In this document: piece by piece, positions 51,296 through 62,271 of the stretch
How positions within the stretch are numbered: the stretch's first letter is position 1
How the letters are laid out: each line of letters opens with the position of its first letter
From: Aquificaceae bacterium
GTDB lineage: Bacteria > Aquificota > Aquificia > Aquificales > Aquificaceae
Assembly (NCBI GenBank): GCA_041640635.1
Contig: JBEPZX010000006.1
Span: 1 to 64,000 of the forward strand
Reading direction: 5' to 3'
Length of the DNA: 64,000 nucleotides
Made by a program: the position numbers and the translations under genes
The notes under the pieces: generated by a model
What the model was told of the DNA's origin: nothing
Databases searched by the model: none
The model's input: only the letters and a program-made list of their open reading frames with translations

Positions 51296-52570
51296 ATGGA
51301 AAAAATGGAAAAAGAATGGTTCTTGCTTTCAATAATCTCGTTAGGTATTGGTGGTTTCTTTGCTTTTGTGATAGCAATGGCAAGAACACCTGGTGTTTAC
51401 GAATACTTTCCACCTAACTATTTTTATCATGCCCTTACTGGACATGTAGACTTAGCTATAGTAGTATTTCTTCTGAGTTTTACCATACTTATATGGAATA
51501 GAACATTTAGCTTGAGGCTTAAAGCAAGTTTTTACTTGGCTCTTTTAGGTTTTTTAGGAATAGCTCTAGCTTCCCTTTTAGGCAGAGGTCAGGCTGTATC
51601 TAACAATTACTTTCCAACAATAGTTCATCCTATATTTTTCCTTGGAGCTTTATCTTTTTTTGTAGCTTTTTGGATAGAAACTATAAGATTTCTGAAAATA
51701 TCACTGAAAAAAATGCTTTCATCTGATCCTTTAGAAAACTCTGCTGCAATTAGTGTAATTCTGGGATTTCTTATTTTAATTTCTACTATTTTTTCATCCT
51801 TCCGAGTGGGTACTCATGATGAGCTTTATAAATTTTATGAAAGACTTTATTGGGCGCCTGGACATATTCATCAATTCTTGAACGGGGCTATTTTGCTTTA
51901 TGTTTGGTATTTCCTTTTAAAAATAGATGGAAAAGATATTAAACTCAACAAATTGAGGTATTTAAACTCAGTATTTTTAATTTTTGGTATTCTTTTAAGT
52001 GTCGTTCCTATTATCTTTTCTGATCCTATTTCCTACAATGCTAAGTTGTTTACGGAAATTGCTTATGCAACAGGTCTTGGAATTCCTATGTTCATACATG
52101 CATTTAATGTTATTAGAAACTTAAAGATAAATTGGCGAAATATTTATTCTTTTGGTATGTTTCTATCTTTGGTTCTTTACTTTTTGGGAGTCGTTATCGC
52201 TTATCTTGGAATAAAATCAGATTTAAGAGTACCAGCACACTATCATGGTACTGTTACGAGCTTAACATTGGCTTTAATGGTATTCTCATACTATCTAGTT
52301 ATGGAGTATGGATGGAAAAATAAACTTAGCAAATTAACCAACTTTCAAGCTTATTTATACGGCATAGGAATGATTCTTTTTATACTTGGGCTTTACTTTG
52401 CAGGTAAAGGTGGTGCACCAAGAAAAACGTATGGGACAGAGTATACAGATAGCTTATTTGTTCTTTCTTCTCTTGTCCTAATGGGTATTGGAACTCTGAT
52501 GGCTGTTATAGGTGGAATTATTTTTGTGATGTATATTTTAAAAAGCTGGCATGAGAAGGAAAAGGGATGA
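51296..52570 (+). CDS. heme-copper oxidase subunit I-like membrane protein lacking the CuB motifs
   Basis: Highly hydrophobic; TGHVD (helix II His), LYWAPGHIHQF (helix VI), PAHYHG (helix X HxH), GAPRK (cf. GMPRR). Confidence 0.72.
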   Translation: MEKMEKEWFLLSIISLGIGGFFAFVIAMARTPGVYEYFPPNYFYHALTGHVDLAIVVFLLSFTILIWNRTFSLRLKASFYLALLGFLGIALASLLGRGQAVSNNYFPTIVHPIFFLGALSFFVAFWIETIRFLKISLKKMLSSDPLENSAAISVILGFLILISTIFSSFRVGTHDELYKFYERLYWAPGHIHQFLNGAILLYVWYFLLKIDGKDIKLNKLRYLNSVFLIFGILLSVVPIIFSDPISYNAKLFTEIAYATGLGIPMFIHAFNVIRNLKINWRNIYSFGMFLSLVLYFLGVVIAYLGIKSDLRVPAHYHGTVTSLTLALMVFSYYLVMEYGWKNKLSKLTNFQAYLYGIGMILFILGLYFAGKGGAPRKTYGTEYTDSLFVLSSLVLMGIGTLMAVIGGIIFVMYILKSWHEKEKG

Positions 52571-52664
52571 CAAAAATTTAGCTATAGCCGTATCCTTGAT
52601 AGTTATAGTAATAATTACGTATTTGATGACAATAGCAGCAGCTTACATCCTAACTAATAAGTAG
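52551..52664 (+). CDS. unannotated 37-aa single-TM protein
   Basis: Manual translation MRRKRDDKNLAIAVSLIVIVIITYLMTIAAAYILTNK*; overlaps the previous gene by 20 bp and fills the gap to argH. Confidence 0.55.
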   Translation: MRRKRDDKNLAIAVSLIVIVIITYLMTIAAAYILTNK

Positions 52665-52679
52665 TTTATACTAGCTATT

Positions 52680-54053
52680 ATGGAAAAAGCGTGGGAAGGC
52701 AGATTCAAAGAACCCATAGACAAGTTTGTAGAAGACTTTACACAATCTGTAAGCTTTGACAAGAGATTAGCCATCTACGATATAGATGGCAGTATAGCTC
52801 ACGTTAAAGCACTTCAGAATGGAGACATTCTTACACAGGAAGAAGCGGATAGCATAATAAAGGGGTTAACTTCCATAAAAGAGGATATTCAGAAGGGGGT
52901 TTTTGAATTCAAAAAAGAGTATGAAGACGTTCACATGAACATAGAAAAGGAGCTTATAAAGAGAGTTGGTGATGTAGGTGGCAAGCTTCATACAGGAAGA
53001 TCAAGAAATGATCAAGTAGCTACAGATGAAAAGCTTTACATAAAAGATGAGATTGGTCAAATTATCGAGCTCTTAAGGAACTTAAGGAAAACCCTTACAG
53101 AACTTGCCATAAAAAGCATAGATATCTTAGCACCGTCCTATACACACCTTCAGAAGGCACAGCCTATTAGGCTTGCTCACTACTTTTTGGCTTACAGGGA
53201 AATGTTTGTTTCAGATACAGAGAGATTCTTCTTTGCATACAGGATGGCAGACAGGCTTCCTTTGGGGGCAGGTGCTGTAGCGGGTGTTGACTTTCCAATA
53301 GATAGGTTCTTTACCTCTCATGAACTAAACTTTAGCAGGCTTGTTAGAAACTCCATTTACGCAACATCGGATAGGGATTTTATAGCGGATACCATTTACG
53401 CTTGTGGTGTCACCATGATGCACCTTTCCAGATTGGCAGAGGATTTGATAATATGGGCAACGGAGGAGTTTGGATTTGTAGACTTGCCAGATAAACTGTG
53501 CACAGGAAGTTCCATAATGCCCCAAAAGAAAAACCCAGATGTATTGGAGCTTATACGTGGAAAGAGCGCAAGAGTTTTTGGCAACTTGATTGGCATTCTC
53601 TCACTTCAAAAGGGACTCCCTATGGCATACAACAGAGACCTTCAAGAGGATAAAGAGTTTCTGTTTGACAGTATAGACACATTAAAAAGCTCATTGGAAG
53701 GGATGGCTTTGGTTTTGCAGAATATGAAAATAATGGAAAACAAAGTAAGCTCACGGGCTGGCGGTTTTAGTTTGATGACGGACTTGGCTAACTATCTTGT
53801 AACAAAAGGTGTCCCTTTTAGGGAAGCTCACAAAATTGCAGGACAGATTACATCGCACCTGTTAGCAACAAATAGAAATCCCGAATCTTTGACGCTTGAG
53901 GAGTTAAAGAGATTCTCACCTTTGTATGAAGAGGATGTCCTGGACCTTTTAAATCCTCAGTGCGTAGCCGACAGGAGAAAGACCTTTGGAGGAACATCTA
54001 AAGAGGATATCCTAAAACGTATAGAAGTAGCAAAGAGAGAGGATGGTTTATAA
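52680..54053 (+). CDS. argH: argininosuccinate lyase
   Basis: WEGRF, HTGRSRNDQV, YTHLQKAQP, GSSIMPQKKNPD. Confidence 0.97.
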   Translation: MEKAWEGRFKEPIDKFVEDFTQSVSFDKRLAIYDIDGSIAHVKALQNGDILTQEEADSIIKGLTSIKEDIQKGVFEFKKEYEDVHMNIEKELIKRVGDVGGKLHTGRSRNDQVATDEKLYIKDEIGQIIELLRNLRKTLTELAIKSIDILAPSYTHLQKAQPIRLAHYFLAYREMFVSDTERFFFAYRMADRLPLGAGAVAGVDFPIDRFFTSHELNFSRLVRNSIYATSDRDFIADTIYACGVTMMHLSRLAEDLIIWATEEFGFVDLPDKLCTGSSIMPQKKNPDVLELIRGKSARVFGNLIGILSLQKGLPMAYNRDLQEDKEFLFDSIDTLKSSLEGMALVLQNMKIMENKVSSRAGGFSLMTDLANYLVTKGVPFREAHKIAGQITSHLLATNRNPESLTLEELKRFSPLYEEDVLDLLNPQCVADRRKTFGGTSKEDILKRIEVAKREDGL

Positions 54054-54062
54054 TCTTTAAAG

Positions 54063-54278
54063 ATGAAGATAAGAGTTTTAATAATGCCTAAGGAAGGACT
54101 ACTCGATCCAGAAGGAAGAGCTGTGAAGGAAATGCTAATAGACAACGGATATAGTGTAAAGGATGTAAAGGTGGGAAAAGTGGTAGAACTTGAGCTGGAT
54201 GAGACAGCACCTGTGAAAGAAATTGTAGAAAAGTATATTGTTAACCCGTTGATACAAGATTACTTTATACAAGAGTAA
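54063..54278 (+). CDS. purS: FGAM synthase PurS subunit
   Basis: MPKEGLLDPEGRAV, VKVGK, NPLIQDY. Confidence 0.9.
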   Translation: MKIRVLIMPKEGLLDPEGRAVKEMLIDNGYSVKDVKVGKVVELELDETAPVKEIVEKYIVNPLIQDYFIQE

Positions 54279-54598
54279 TGGAAGAACAAAGAAATTTGGA
54301 CCATCACATTCGTCAAATAGCAAAGACACTGGGCTTTGCTGAGCCTGTAGGCTTCATGCTCTCTTACGAGATAGGAGACATATGGATAGACATCTATTTA
54401 GACAAAGGGGATGAAGGTTGGAACAACAGGACGTATACCATAAGCGTGCCAAAAAGTAAAGAAAAACAACTCAGAGATTTCATAAAAGATATAGGCAGTG
54501 AAGGTCAAAACATCATATCTGACTCAGAGAGAGTTTACGCAAGTTTAACTCAGGAAGACTGGGAGCTTTTAAGCCCCTCTATAACAAATTTGCTTTAG
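54278..54598 (+). CDS. hypothetical protein
   Basis: 106-aa ORF with TAATG overlap to purS. Confidence 0.65.
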   Translation: MEEQRNLDHHIRQIAKTLGFAEPVGFMLSYEIGDIWIDIYLDKGDEGWNNRTYTISVPKSKEKQLRDFIKDIGSEGQNIISDSERVYASLTQEDWELLSPSITNLL

Positions 54599-54607
54599 GA
54601 GTGTAAA

Positions 54608-55474
54608 ATGAAGGTGGGTTTTATAGGGCTGGGAACCTTAGGCAAAGAGATAGCAAGTAGACTCATTTCTGAAGGTGTAGACCTCATAGTCTGGAACAGA
54701 AGCAAAGAAAAGACAAAGGACCTAAAATGCATTATTGCTGACTCACCGGCAGAGCTTATAAAGCATGTAGACAGAGTCTTTGTGATGGTTTTTGATAGCA
54801 AAGCCTCGGAAGAGGTAATATTTGGCAAAAATGGATTGGCTCAAGGTCCTATAGAAGGGAAAACCATAATAGATATGACTACCAATCATCATGATTACGT
54901 TGCTTTTGCCTACGAGGAAGTAAAAAGTAGAGGTGGTTTTTATCTCGATGCTCCTGTATTGGGGAGTGTAGTTCCAGCAAGAAAAGGTGAACTGACCATC
55001 TTGGTAGCTGGTGATGAAGGGAAGTTCAATGAGAGTAAACCTTTGTTTGAAAAGTTCTGCAAAGCTATATTTTACGTAGGTAAGGCGGGAAACGCTACAA
55101 AGTTAAAACTCATAAACAACTTGGTGCTGGGGAGCTTTATGTTAGCTTTGGCAGAAGCTATAGCGCTTGGAGAAAAGGCAGGCTTTCCTAAGGAGCTCGT
55201 TGTGGATATGCTTCAAAATGGAGCGGGAAAGTCTGCAATACTGGATGTAAAGAGAGAAAAACTCCTAAAGGAAGACTTTGAAACCCATTTTTCCGTAGAT
55301 CTCATCCACAAAGACCTGCATTACTTGGACGATTTTATATACGGTGTAGATGCTTTTAGTTTCTTGACTTCAAATGTAAAAAACGCTTATGCAATAGCTA
55401 AAAACATGGGTTTGGATCATCTGGACTTTTCCGCTGTATACAAGATATTTAAATTACATGTATCCGGAGATTGA
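54608..55474 (+). CDS. NAD(P)-dependent beta-hydroxyacid dehydrogenase (3-HIBADH/6PGD family)
   Basis: [28 protein letters not shown]. Confidence 0.9.
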   Translation: MKVGFIGLGTLGKEIASRLISEGVDLIVWNRSKEKTKDLKCIIADSPAELIKHVDRVFVMVFDSKASEEVIFGKNGLAQGPIEGKTIIDMTTNHHDYVAFAYEEVKSRGGFYLDAPVLGSVVPARKGELTILVAGDEGKFNESKPLFEKFCKAIFYVGKAGNATKLKLINNLVLGSFMLALAEAIALGEKAGFPKELVVDMLQNGAGKSAILDVKREKLLKEDFETHFSVDLIHKDLHYLDDFIYGVDAFSFLTSNVKNAYAIAKNMGLDHLDFSAVYKIFKLHVSGD

Positions 55475-56987
55475 GTTTGTAAAAGGTATAAAGCACACAG
55501 CTCACGGGCTTAACTTTTATCTCTCCTTTTTTGATGATATAGCCAAGCTTATTCCAAGAGAAGATTACTGCTTCATAGTTGGTGGATGGGTAAGGGATAG
55601 AATCTTAGGTGAACCTGTAGGTTATAACATAGATGTTGATCTTTTGGTTACGTGTGATCCAAGGGAGGTAGCCCAAAAGTTTGCACAAGTAATTGGAGGC
55701 TCTTACTTTGAGTTTGAAAAGAAAGGTCTAATAATAAAAAGACCTACCATAGCCACTGTGATTTTGCGCGTTAGCCCTTACAAGTACAGGTTTGACTTTG
55801 CCCAGATAAAGGGTAAAGATATAGAAAAAGCCTTGGTGGAAGACCTAAAATCTCGTGATTTTACATGCAATGCAATAGCTGTAAGTATAGACGATGTTTT
55901 GAGCATAGGTTCAAAGCAAACCATACTCTACGACCCAACAGGCGGCATAGATGACCTGGAGAAGGGAATACTTAGACCCCTATCTTTGAAAAATCTTGAA
56001 GAGGACCCAGTGAGACTAATACGAGGTTTTAGACTTTCCATAGAGAAGGATCTGGAGCTCACTCAGGACTTTTTGGAATTCACAAAAACCAAAGGCTATA
56101 TTATCAAAAAAGCTCCACCTGAGAGGGTGAGTCTTGAACTTTTCAAGATACTTAAAAATAACAGATCTGGAAATATCATAAGAAAGTTATACGAAAGCAA
56201 GCTTTTAGAGTATATATTCCCAGAGGTAAGCGATTTTCGAAAGATACAAAATCAGGGTGAAAACCACGTATATCCCTTGGATGAACACGTGCTTAGAGTT
56301 TTAGAAGCTCTAGATGAGGTCATACAAAATAGGCAAGCTTACATAAGCGGGGAGTTTTTAGAAGACTTTGGGCATATGCACTTTATGGGTGAGTTTTCGG
56401 ATATAGAAGCGCTCAAGCTTGGTGCTTTGTTTCACGATATAGCCAAACCCGCAACCTTTGAGATCAGAGATGGAAAAGTTACCTTCTACAATCACGATAA
56501 ACTAGGAAGCCATATGGTAAGAGAAATAGGCAAGAGAATGAGATGGGGGAGCGATGTCACCAACTTTGTCTCAAAAATTGTGGAACACCACCTTAGACCC
56601 TTTTATCTAAGAGAGTCTTTAGTTAAGGAACAATTAACCGATAAAGGACGAGCCAAATTCTGGAGAGAGTGCGGAGATATCGCTACACACCTATTTTTGC
56701 ACGCCATAGCAGATGCTATAGCAAGTAAAGACACTCAAAAGCAGTTAAAAGCCCTCTTAGAAGTTATACATGACCTTTACCAATACAAAAAAAGTAAGTA
56801 TTCTCAAGTGCCTGTAGAGCCTCTACTTAATGGAAAGGAGATTATGGATATACTAGGCATTCCGGAAGGACCTATGATAGGAAAGATTAAAAAGGAACTG
56901 GAAACGGCTCAGATAGAGGGCGTAGTTAAAACCAAAGAGGAGGCGATAGAGTTTATTAAGAGTCTGCTAAATAAAAATCGAGCCTAA
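55458..56987 (+). CDS. class II tRNA nucleotidyltransferase with HD region, probably the CC-adding enzyme
   Basis: [39 protein letters not shown]; about 510 aa with no N-terminal DHH/CBS extension. Confidence 0.82.
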   Translation: MYPEIEFVKGIKHTAHGLNFYLSFFDDIAKLIPREDYCFIVGGWVRDRILGEPVGYNIDVDLLVTCDPREVAQKFAQVIGGSYFEFEKKGLIIKRPTIATVILRVSPYKYRFDFAQIKGKDIEKALVEDLKSRDFTCNAIAVSIDDVLSIGSKQTILYDPTGGIDDLEKGILRPLSLKNLEEDPVRLIRGFRLSIEKDLELTQDFLEFTKTKGYIIKKAPPERVSLELFKILKNNRSGNIIRKLYESKLLEYIFPEVSDFRKIQNQGENHVYPLDEHVLRVLEALDEVIQNRQAYISGEFLEDFGHMHFMGEFSDIEALKLGALFHDIAKPATFEIRDGKVTFYNHDKLGSHMVREIGKRMRWGSDVTNFVSKIVEHHLRPFYLRESLVKEQLTDKGRAKFWRECGDIATHLFLHAIADAIASKDTQKQLKALLEVIHDLYQYKKSKYSQVPVEPLLNGKEIMDILGIPEGPMIGKIKKELETAQIEGVVKTKEEAIEFIKSLLNKNRA

Positions 56988-57033
56988 ATATGGTATAATA
57001 TCTACACAAACATTGCAGAGGAGGTTTTAGGAT

Positions 57034-57270
57034 ATGGACCTTGAACAAAGAGTAAAGGAAATAATCATGGACCAATTGGGTGTAGAAATGGATAAACTTA
57101 GCAACGAAGCTAAATTTGTAGAAGATTTAGGGGCTGATTCCTTGGATGTAGTTGAACTGATAATGGCTTTTGAAGAGGAGTTTGGAATAGAAATACCTGA
57201 TGAAGATGCAGAGAAGATAAGAACAGTAGGTGACGTGTTAAATTACTTAAAGGAAAAAGTAAAAGCTTGA
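57034..57270 (+). CDS. acpP: acyl carrier protein
   Basis: [21 protein letters not shown]. Confidence 0.97.
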   Translation: MDLEQRVKEIIMDQLGVEMDKLSNEAKFVEDLGADSLDVVELIMAFEEEFGIEIPDEDAEKIRTVGDVLNYLKEKVKA

Positions 57271-58508
57271 TGAGAAGGGTAGTTGTTACGGGTCTTGGTG
57301 TTGTATCCCCTATAGGAACTGGCATAAATAAATTTTGGGATAACTTAGTTGCAGGCGTAAGCGGTGTAGACATAATAAAGAGGTTTGACCCCATAGAGAT
57401 AGGCTTACCTGTGCATATAGCCGCTGAGGTAAAGGACTTTCAGCCTGAGTTATACTTTGACAAAAAGGAGATTCAAAAGGTATCCGATTTCATAAAGTTT
57501 GCCGTCGCTGCTGCGGATGAAGCGATAAAGGATAGTGGTTTAGATAACTCAAAATTTGACCCGTATAGAGTAGGCGTTATAGTAGGCACAGGTATAGGTG
57601 GACTTAGAGATATAGAAGAGCAACAAAAGATTTTGATGGAAAAAGGTCCAAGGAGGGTTTCACCTTTTTTCATACCTTACGGTATCTCCAACATGGCAAG
57701 TGGATTAATAGCTATTAGGCATGGTTTTAAGGGTCCCAATTACTGTGTAGTTTCCGCCTGTGCTACAGGAAACCACGCCATCGGCGATGCCATGCGACTA
57801 ATACAGAAAGGAGATATAGATATTGCAGTAGCTGGTGGGTGTGAAAGCGCCATAACTCCACTAGGTATAGCTGGATTTGCTTCCATGAAGGCACTGTCCA
57901 CCCGTAACGATAACCCAAAGGCAGCCTCTAGACCCTTTGACAAAGACAGAGATGGCTTTGTTATGGGAGAAGGAGCAGGAGTTTTGGTGTTGGAAGAGTA
58001 TGAGCACGCAAAAGCTAGAGGAGCCAAAATATACGCCGAACTCGCTGGTTATGGAGCTACAGACGATGCCTATCACATAACAGCTCCATGCGCCGATGGT
58101 GAAGGTGCGTATATGTGTATGAAGCTAGCTTTGAACGATGCTGGTATAAAACCAGAAGAGGTGGATTATATAAACGCGCATGGAACGTCTACGCCACTAA
58201 ACGATAAATCGGAAACTTTGGCTATAAAGAGTCTCTTCGGAGAGCATGCATACAAATTAAAAGTAAGCTCCAACAAATCCATGATAGGGCACCTTCTTGG
58301 TGCAGCCGGAGCAGTAGAAGCAATTGCTAGCGTGTTAACAATACACTTTGGAAATATACCACCTACTATAAATTTAGAGAATCCAGATCCTGAATGTGAT
58401 CTTGATTATGTGCCAAATAAAGCTATACAAAAACAAGTTAACGTAGCTCTCTCCAATTCTTTTGGCTTCGGTGGAACTAATGCCTGTATTGTCTTCAGAA
58501 AGCTTTGA
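57270..58508 (+). CDS. fabF: 3-oxoacyl-ACP synthase II
   Basis: [37 protein letters not shown]. Confidence 0.97.
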   Translation: MRRVVVTGLGVVSPIGTGINKFWDNLVAGVSGVDIIKRFDPIEIGLPVHIAAEVKDFQPELYFDKKEIQKVSDFIKFAVAAADEAIKDSGLDNSKFDPYRVGVIVGTGIGGLRDIEEQQKILMEKGPRRVSPFFIPYGISNMASGLIAIRHGFKGPNYCVVSACATGNHAIGDAMRLIQKGDIDIAVAGGCESAITPLGIAGFASMKALSTRNDNPKAASRPFDKDRDGFVMGEGAGVLVLEEYEHAKARGAKIYAELAGYGATDDAYHITAPCADGEGAYMCMKLALNDAGIKPEEVDYINAHGTSTPLNDKSETLAIKSLFGEHAYKLKVSSNKSMIGHLLGAAGAVEAIASVLTIHFGNIPPTINLENPDPECDLDYVPNKAIQKQVNVALSNSFGFGGTNACIVFRKL

Positions 58509-59193
58509 TGATTTAGAAAGTCGTCTCGGATACAAATTCAGAGATAAAAATATACTCATTCAGGCCTTAACTCATAAATCGCATACATCAGATGATAAGA
58601 AAAGGAATTACGAGCTTCTAGAATTTCTAGGAGATTCTATTATAAATCTCTTCGTAGTTGAAATACTAGTTTCAGAATTTGGCAATTTAAGAGAGGGAGA
58701 TCTAGCTCCAATGAAAGCTTTTTTTGTGAGTGAGGATTTTTTAGCAAGCCTTGCTCAAGAACTTAATTTAGCTTCTTACATACTGGCAAACGGTGGAAAG
58801 TCTGACATAAGAAGTAATTCATCAATTATGGCTGATGTATTTGAAGCTTTGTGGGCCAGCATATACATAGATTCTAACAAAGACCTAAACTATGTGAAGG
58901 ATCTGTTCAATAAATTATATAGAGATGTGATTATCCAGAAGATTAAATCTCACGAATATAAGAGAGATTACAAAACTATTCTTCAAGAGATCACACAAAA
59001 GAAATGGAAAGAAAGACCTTCATATAGAGTAATAAGTGTAACTGGCCCTCAACATAACAAAACCTTCCAAGTAGAATGTAGTATAAAAGACTACAGAACC
59101 ATAGGTTTAGGTAAAAGTAAAAAGGAGGCGGAGCAGGATTCTGCTAAAAAATTGCTTGAGATACTCCAACCACTATCCACAGTGAAAAAGTGA
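58480..59193 (+). CDS. rnc: ribonuclease III
   Basis: [22 protein letters not shown], ds[11 protein letters not shown]...SKKEAEQ. Start uncertain. Confidence 0.95.
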   Translation: MPVLSSESFDDLESRLGYKFRDKNILIQALTHKSHTSDDKKRNYELLEFLGDSIINLFVVEILVSEFGNLREGDLAPMKAFFVSEDFLASLAQELNLASYILANGGKSDIRSNSSIMADVFEALWASIYIDSNKDLNYVKDLFNKLYRDVIIQKIKSHEYKRDYKTILQEITQKKWKERPSYRVISVTGPQHNKTFQVECSIKDYRTIGLGKSKKEAEQDSAKKLLEILQPLSTVKK

Positions 59194-59473
59194 AACGACA
59201 ACAGAATTAATACAATCCTTGAACAAGTAATCTGAAAGACACCTATTTACTTTTACACTACGAGTATAGGAAATTCATCAGCTCTAAAAGATTTTTACAT
59301 GCACCTATATGCAACTCACAAGATTTAAAATTTTCTATCATCCTAGTTCCATAGAACTCAGAAAAATGCTACTTTCCATGTGTGAAGATTAATAGCTTAA
59401 CCTACAAAATAGCTATAAAAACTGACGAATTTAAAAAATGACAAAATTACGCATTGGATCTATATTAAGGAGC

Positions 59474-60685
59474 TTATAAATCTCCTATCTTGATTATCCT
59501 TTGCTCTCCTGATTGCATGTTTTTGATGGTAACCACTTGTTTTTCTTTCTCATCCTCACCTATTATCACAACGTAAGATGCACCTAGCTTGTTAGCCAAC
59601 TCCAATTGCTTTTTTAAGCTTCCCTTCTTGTAAGAAAACTCTACTTTTTTCCTCTTTTCTCTAAGTACATTGCTTACATTAAGAGCATAATCTACAACAT
59701 TTCCAAACGGAATAACAACATAAAGTTCATCATCTTTTGGAGTTTCTCTTAGGAGCATAGAAAGTCTTTCTATACCTACTGCAAAGCCTATTGCCGGTGT
59801 AGGTGGTCCACCTAGTTCTTCTACCAAATAGTCGTACCTTCCACCGGCTATGACTGTGATATCCTCTTCTTCGGAAACAGCTTCAAACACCGTCTTTGTA
59901 TAGTAATCAAGTCCTCTTACGAGATTGTAGTTTTCTACGTAAGGAATGTTCAACGTATACAATAAAGATTTCAATGATTCATAATGTGTTTTACATTCGT
60001 CACACAAAAACTGAATCATTTTGGGTGCATCTTTTACAGCTTCTTTACAAGTTGGAACCTTACAATCCAATACTCTTAAAGGGTTTTTGTCCTTCCTTTC
60101 TAGACACACGTGACAAAGCTCACCAGATACAGAATTCAAATACTCTACTAATGTCTGTCTGTATCTAGGCCTACAAACTTTACATCCTATGGAATTTATC
60201 TCTATGTGTGCATCTATTCCCAGCTTTTTTAGAGTTTTGTACACAATGCTTATTATCTCAGCATCTGCTACAGGGTCCAGTGTACCAAAAATTTCAGCTC
60301 CTATTTGATGGAATTGCCTATATCTACCTGCTTGAGGTCTTTCGTATCTAAACATAGGACCTTCGTAAAACAACTTTTGGTAGGGTCTAAAAGCGTAAAG
60401 CTTATTATTTATGTAAGCTCTCACTGCACTTGCTGTACCCTCTGGTCTAAGAGCTAACAATCTGCCTTTTTTGTCTTCAAATACAAACATCTCCTTTTGA
60501 ACGATATCCGTAACTTCACCTATGCTCCTTTGAAATAGTTCTGCAAACTCCACCACGGGAAGAATGATTTCTTGAAAATTATACTGATGGAGTAAATCCC
60601 TTATAGTGTTTGAAACCCTTCTAAACTTAGATAGATCTTCTCCAAAAATATCATGAAAACCTCTAACTGTATTTATTGTTTCCAT
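59474..60685 (-). CDS. hisS: histidine--tRNA ligase
   Basis: VRGFHD, LRPEGTA, FRYERPQAGRYRQF, VRGLDYY, GGRYD; real start is ATG 60685. Confidence 0.97.
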   Translation of the reverse strand: METINTVRGFHDIFGEDLSKFRRVSNTIRDLLHQYNFQEIILPVVEFAELFQRSIGEVTDIVQKEMFVFEDKKGRLLALRPEGTASAVRAYINNKLYAFRPYQKLFYEGPMFRYERPQAGRYRQFHQIGAEIFGTLDPVADAEIISIVYKTLKKLGIDAHIEINSIGCKVCRPRYRQTLVEYLNSVSGELCHVCLERKDKNPLRVLDCKVPTCKEAVKDAPKMIQFLCDECKTHYESLKSLLYTLNIPYVENYNLVRGLDYYTKTVFEAVSEEEDITVIAGGRYDYLVEELGGPPTPAIGFAVGIERLSMLLRETPKDDELYVVIPFGNVVDYALNVSNVLREKRKKVEFSYKKGSLKKQLELANKLGASYVVIIGEDEKEKQVVTIKNMQSGEQRIIKIGDL

Positions 60686-60713
60686 AAGTGATAAAATTAT
60701 AATAACTCCTGCT

Positions 60714-62228
60714 ATGTTTTGTAGAATAAAAAGTGGAGGAATTTTGGGGATAGATGGATTCTTAGTAAACGTTGAAGTGGATATATCTCCAGGGCTACCG
60801 CAGTTTAACATTGTAGGACTCCCAGATAAAGCTATAAATGAGTCAAAAGAAAGAGTGAGATCTAGTCTTAAGAACTTAAATATTAATCTACCCTCTAAGC
60901 GCATCACTGTAAACCTTTCACCTTCTCACGTAAAAAAACAAGGTACTTTATATGATCTTCCAATAGCTTTGGGAATACTGAACCTTTTAGGCATAGCAGA
61001 TATTCCAGAGAATACTATCTTTTTAGGCGAACTTTCTTTGGATGGTAAGATAAATAGCGTTCGAGGAGTTCTACCTATAGTTGCGTCTTTGGTATCCCAA
61101 GGTTTCGATACTTTTTTCGTTCCTAAAGATAACGAGTTAGAAGGCAGTATAGTAAAAGGCGCTAAGGTTTATGGCTTTGATTCAATACAGGAAGTAATTG
61201 AATTTTTGAAGGGTAACTTAAACAGGAAACCTGCAAGCGTTAATATAGATGAGTTATTGAGTGAAGGTTTGGATTTTGCAATAGATATTTCTGATGTCTA
61301 CGGGCAGACTTTGGCAAAACGAGCTTTGGAAGTAGCAGCTGCAGGGTTTCACAATCTTTTACTTGTTGGTCCTCCTGGATCTGGTAAAAGTATGCTTGCC
61401 AAGCGTATAGTTACTATACTGCCAGCACCAGATTTTCAGGAAGCGCTAGAAGTTACAAAAATATACAGTGTGGCGGGTCTACTAAATGAGCCTATGATAA
61501 CTCAAAGACCTTTTAGATCTGTACATCATACCACTTCAGATATTGCCTTGATTGGTGGAGGAAGTGTTCCTATGCCTGGTGAGATAAGCTTAGCCCATAG
61601 AGGAGTTCTTTTCTTAGATGAAATGGTAGAGTTCAGTAGAAAAGCTTTGGAAGCTTTGAGACAACCAATGGAAGATGGCAAGATAACAGTCACTAGAGCT
61701 ATGGGGAGGATTACGTACCCAGCTGAATTTTTACTAATAGCTGCTACAAATCCATGTGCATGTGGAAATTACGGAAATCCATACAAACCTTGTGTTTGTT
61801 CTCCCAATCAACTAAAGACTTTTCACTCTAAGCTTTCCGGACCTATTATGGATAGAATAGATATCAAAGTTTGGGTGGATCCGGTAGATAAAGAGGAGTT
61901 AATTAGTATGCAGAAAGGAGAAAGTTCCAAAAACATAAGAGAACGGGTAACCAGAGCCATAAACATCCAGAAGGAAAGATTCAAGGGGAGGTTTAAATTC
62001 AATTCGAGAATGACAGAAAAGGAAATAGAAAAGTACTGTATTTTGAAAGATGAGGCAAAATCCATACTCAAGATGGCTGTTGAAAAGTTTCACCTAAGTG
62101 GTAGAGGTTACGCAAAGGTTTTAAAAGTGGCTAGAACAATATCCGATTTGGATCAAGAAGAAATTATTCAAGCGGAGCATATTGTGCAAGCCTTACAGTT
62201 TAGAATAGATGAAAAATTCACACTATAG
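60714..62228 (+). CDS. comM: ComM/YifB Mg-chelatase-like AAA+ ATPase
   Basis: GLPQFNIVGLPD, GPPGSGKSM, PGEISLAHRGVLFLDE, NPCACG. Confidence 0.92.
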   Translation: MFCRIKSGGILGIDGFLVNVEVDISPGLPQFNIVGLPDKAINESKERVRSSLKNLNINLPSKRITVNLSPSHVKKQGTLYDLPIALGILNLLGIADIPENTIFLGELSLDGKINSVRGVLPIVASLVSQGFDTFFVPKDNELEGSIVKGAKVYGFDSIQEVIEFLKGNLNRKPASVNIDELLSEGLDFAIDISDVYGQTLAKRALEVAAAGFHNLLLVGPPGSGKSMLAKRIVTILPAPDFQEALEVTKIYSVAGLLNEPMITQRPFRSVHHTTSDIALIGGGSVPMPGEISLAHRGVLFLDEMVEFSRKALEALRQPMEDGKITVTRAMGRITYPAEFLLIAATNPCACGNYGNPYKPCVCSPNQLKTFHSKLSGPIMDRIDIKVWVDPVDKEELISMQKGESSKNIRERVTRAINIQKERFKGRFKFNSRMTEKEIEKYCILKDEAKSILKMAVEKFHLSGRGYAKVLKVARTISDLDQEEIIQAEHIVQALQFRIDEKFTL

Positions 62229-62271
62229 ATAAATTTAATAATTCTAGAGGATAAGTGTTTGGCACCAAATT

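Noticed and set aside
59194..59473. Degenerate CRISPR array
   Set aside because: No repeated unit with regular spacing could be found by eye.
60686..60907. N-terminal extension of hisS
   Set aside because: Overlaps comM on the opposite strand; HisRS homology starts at ATG 60685.
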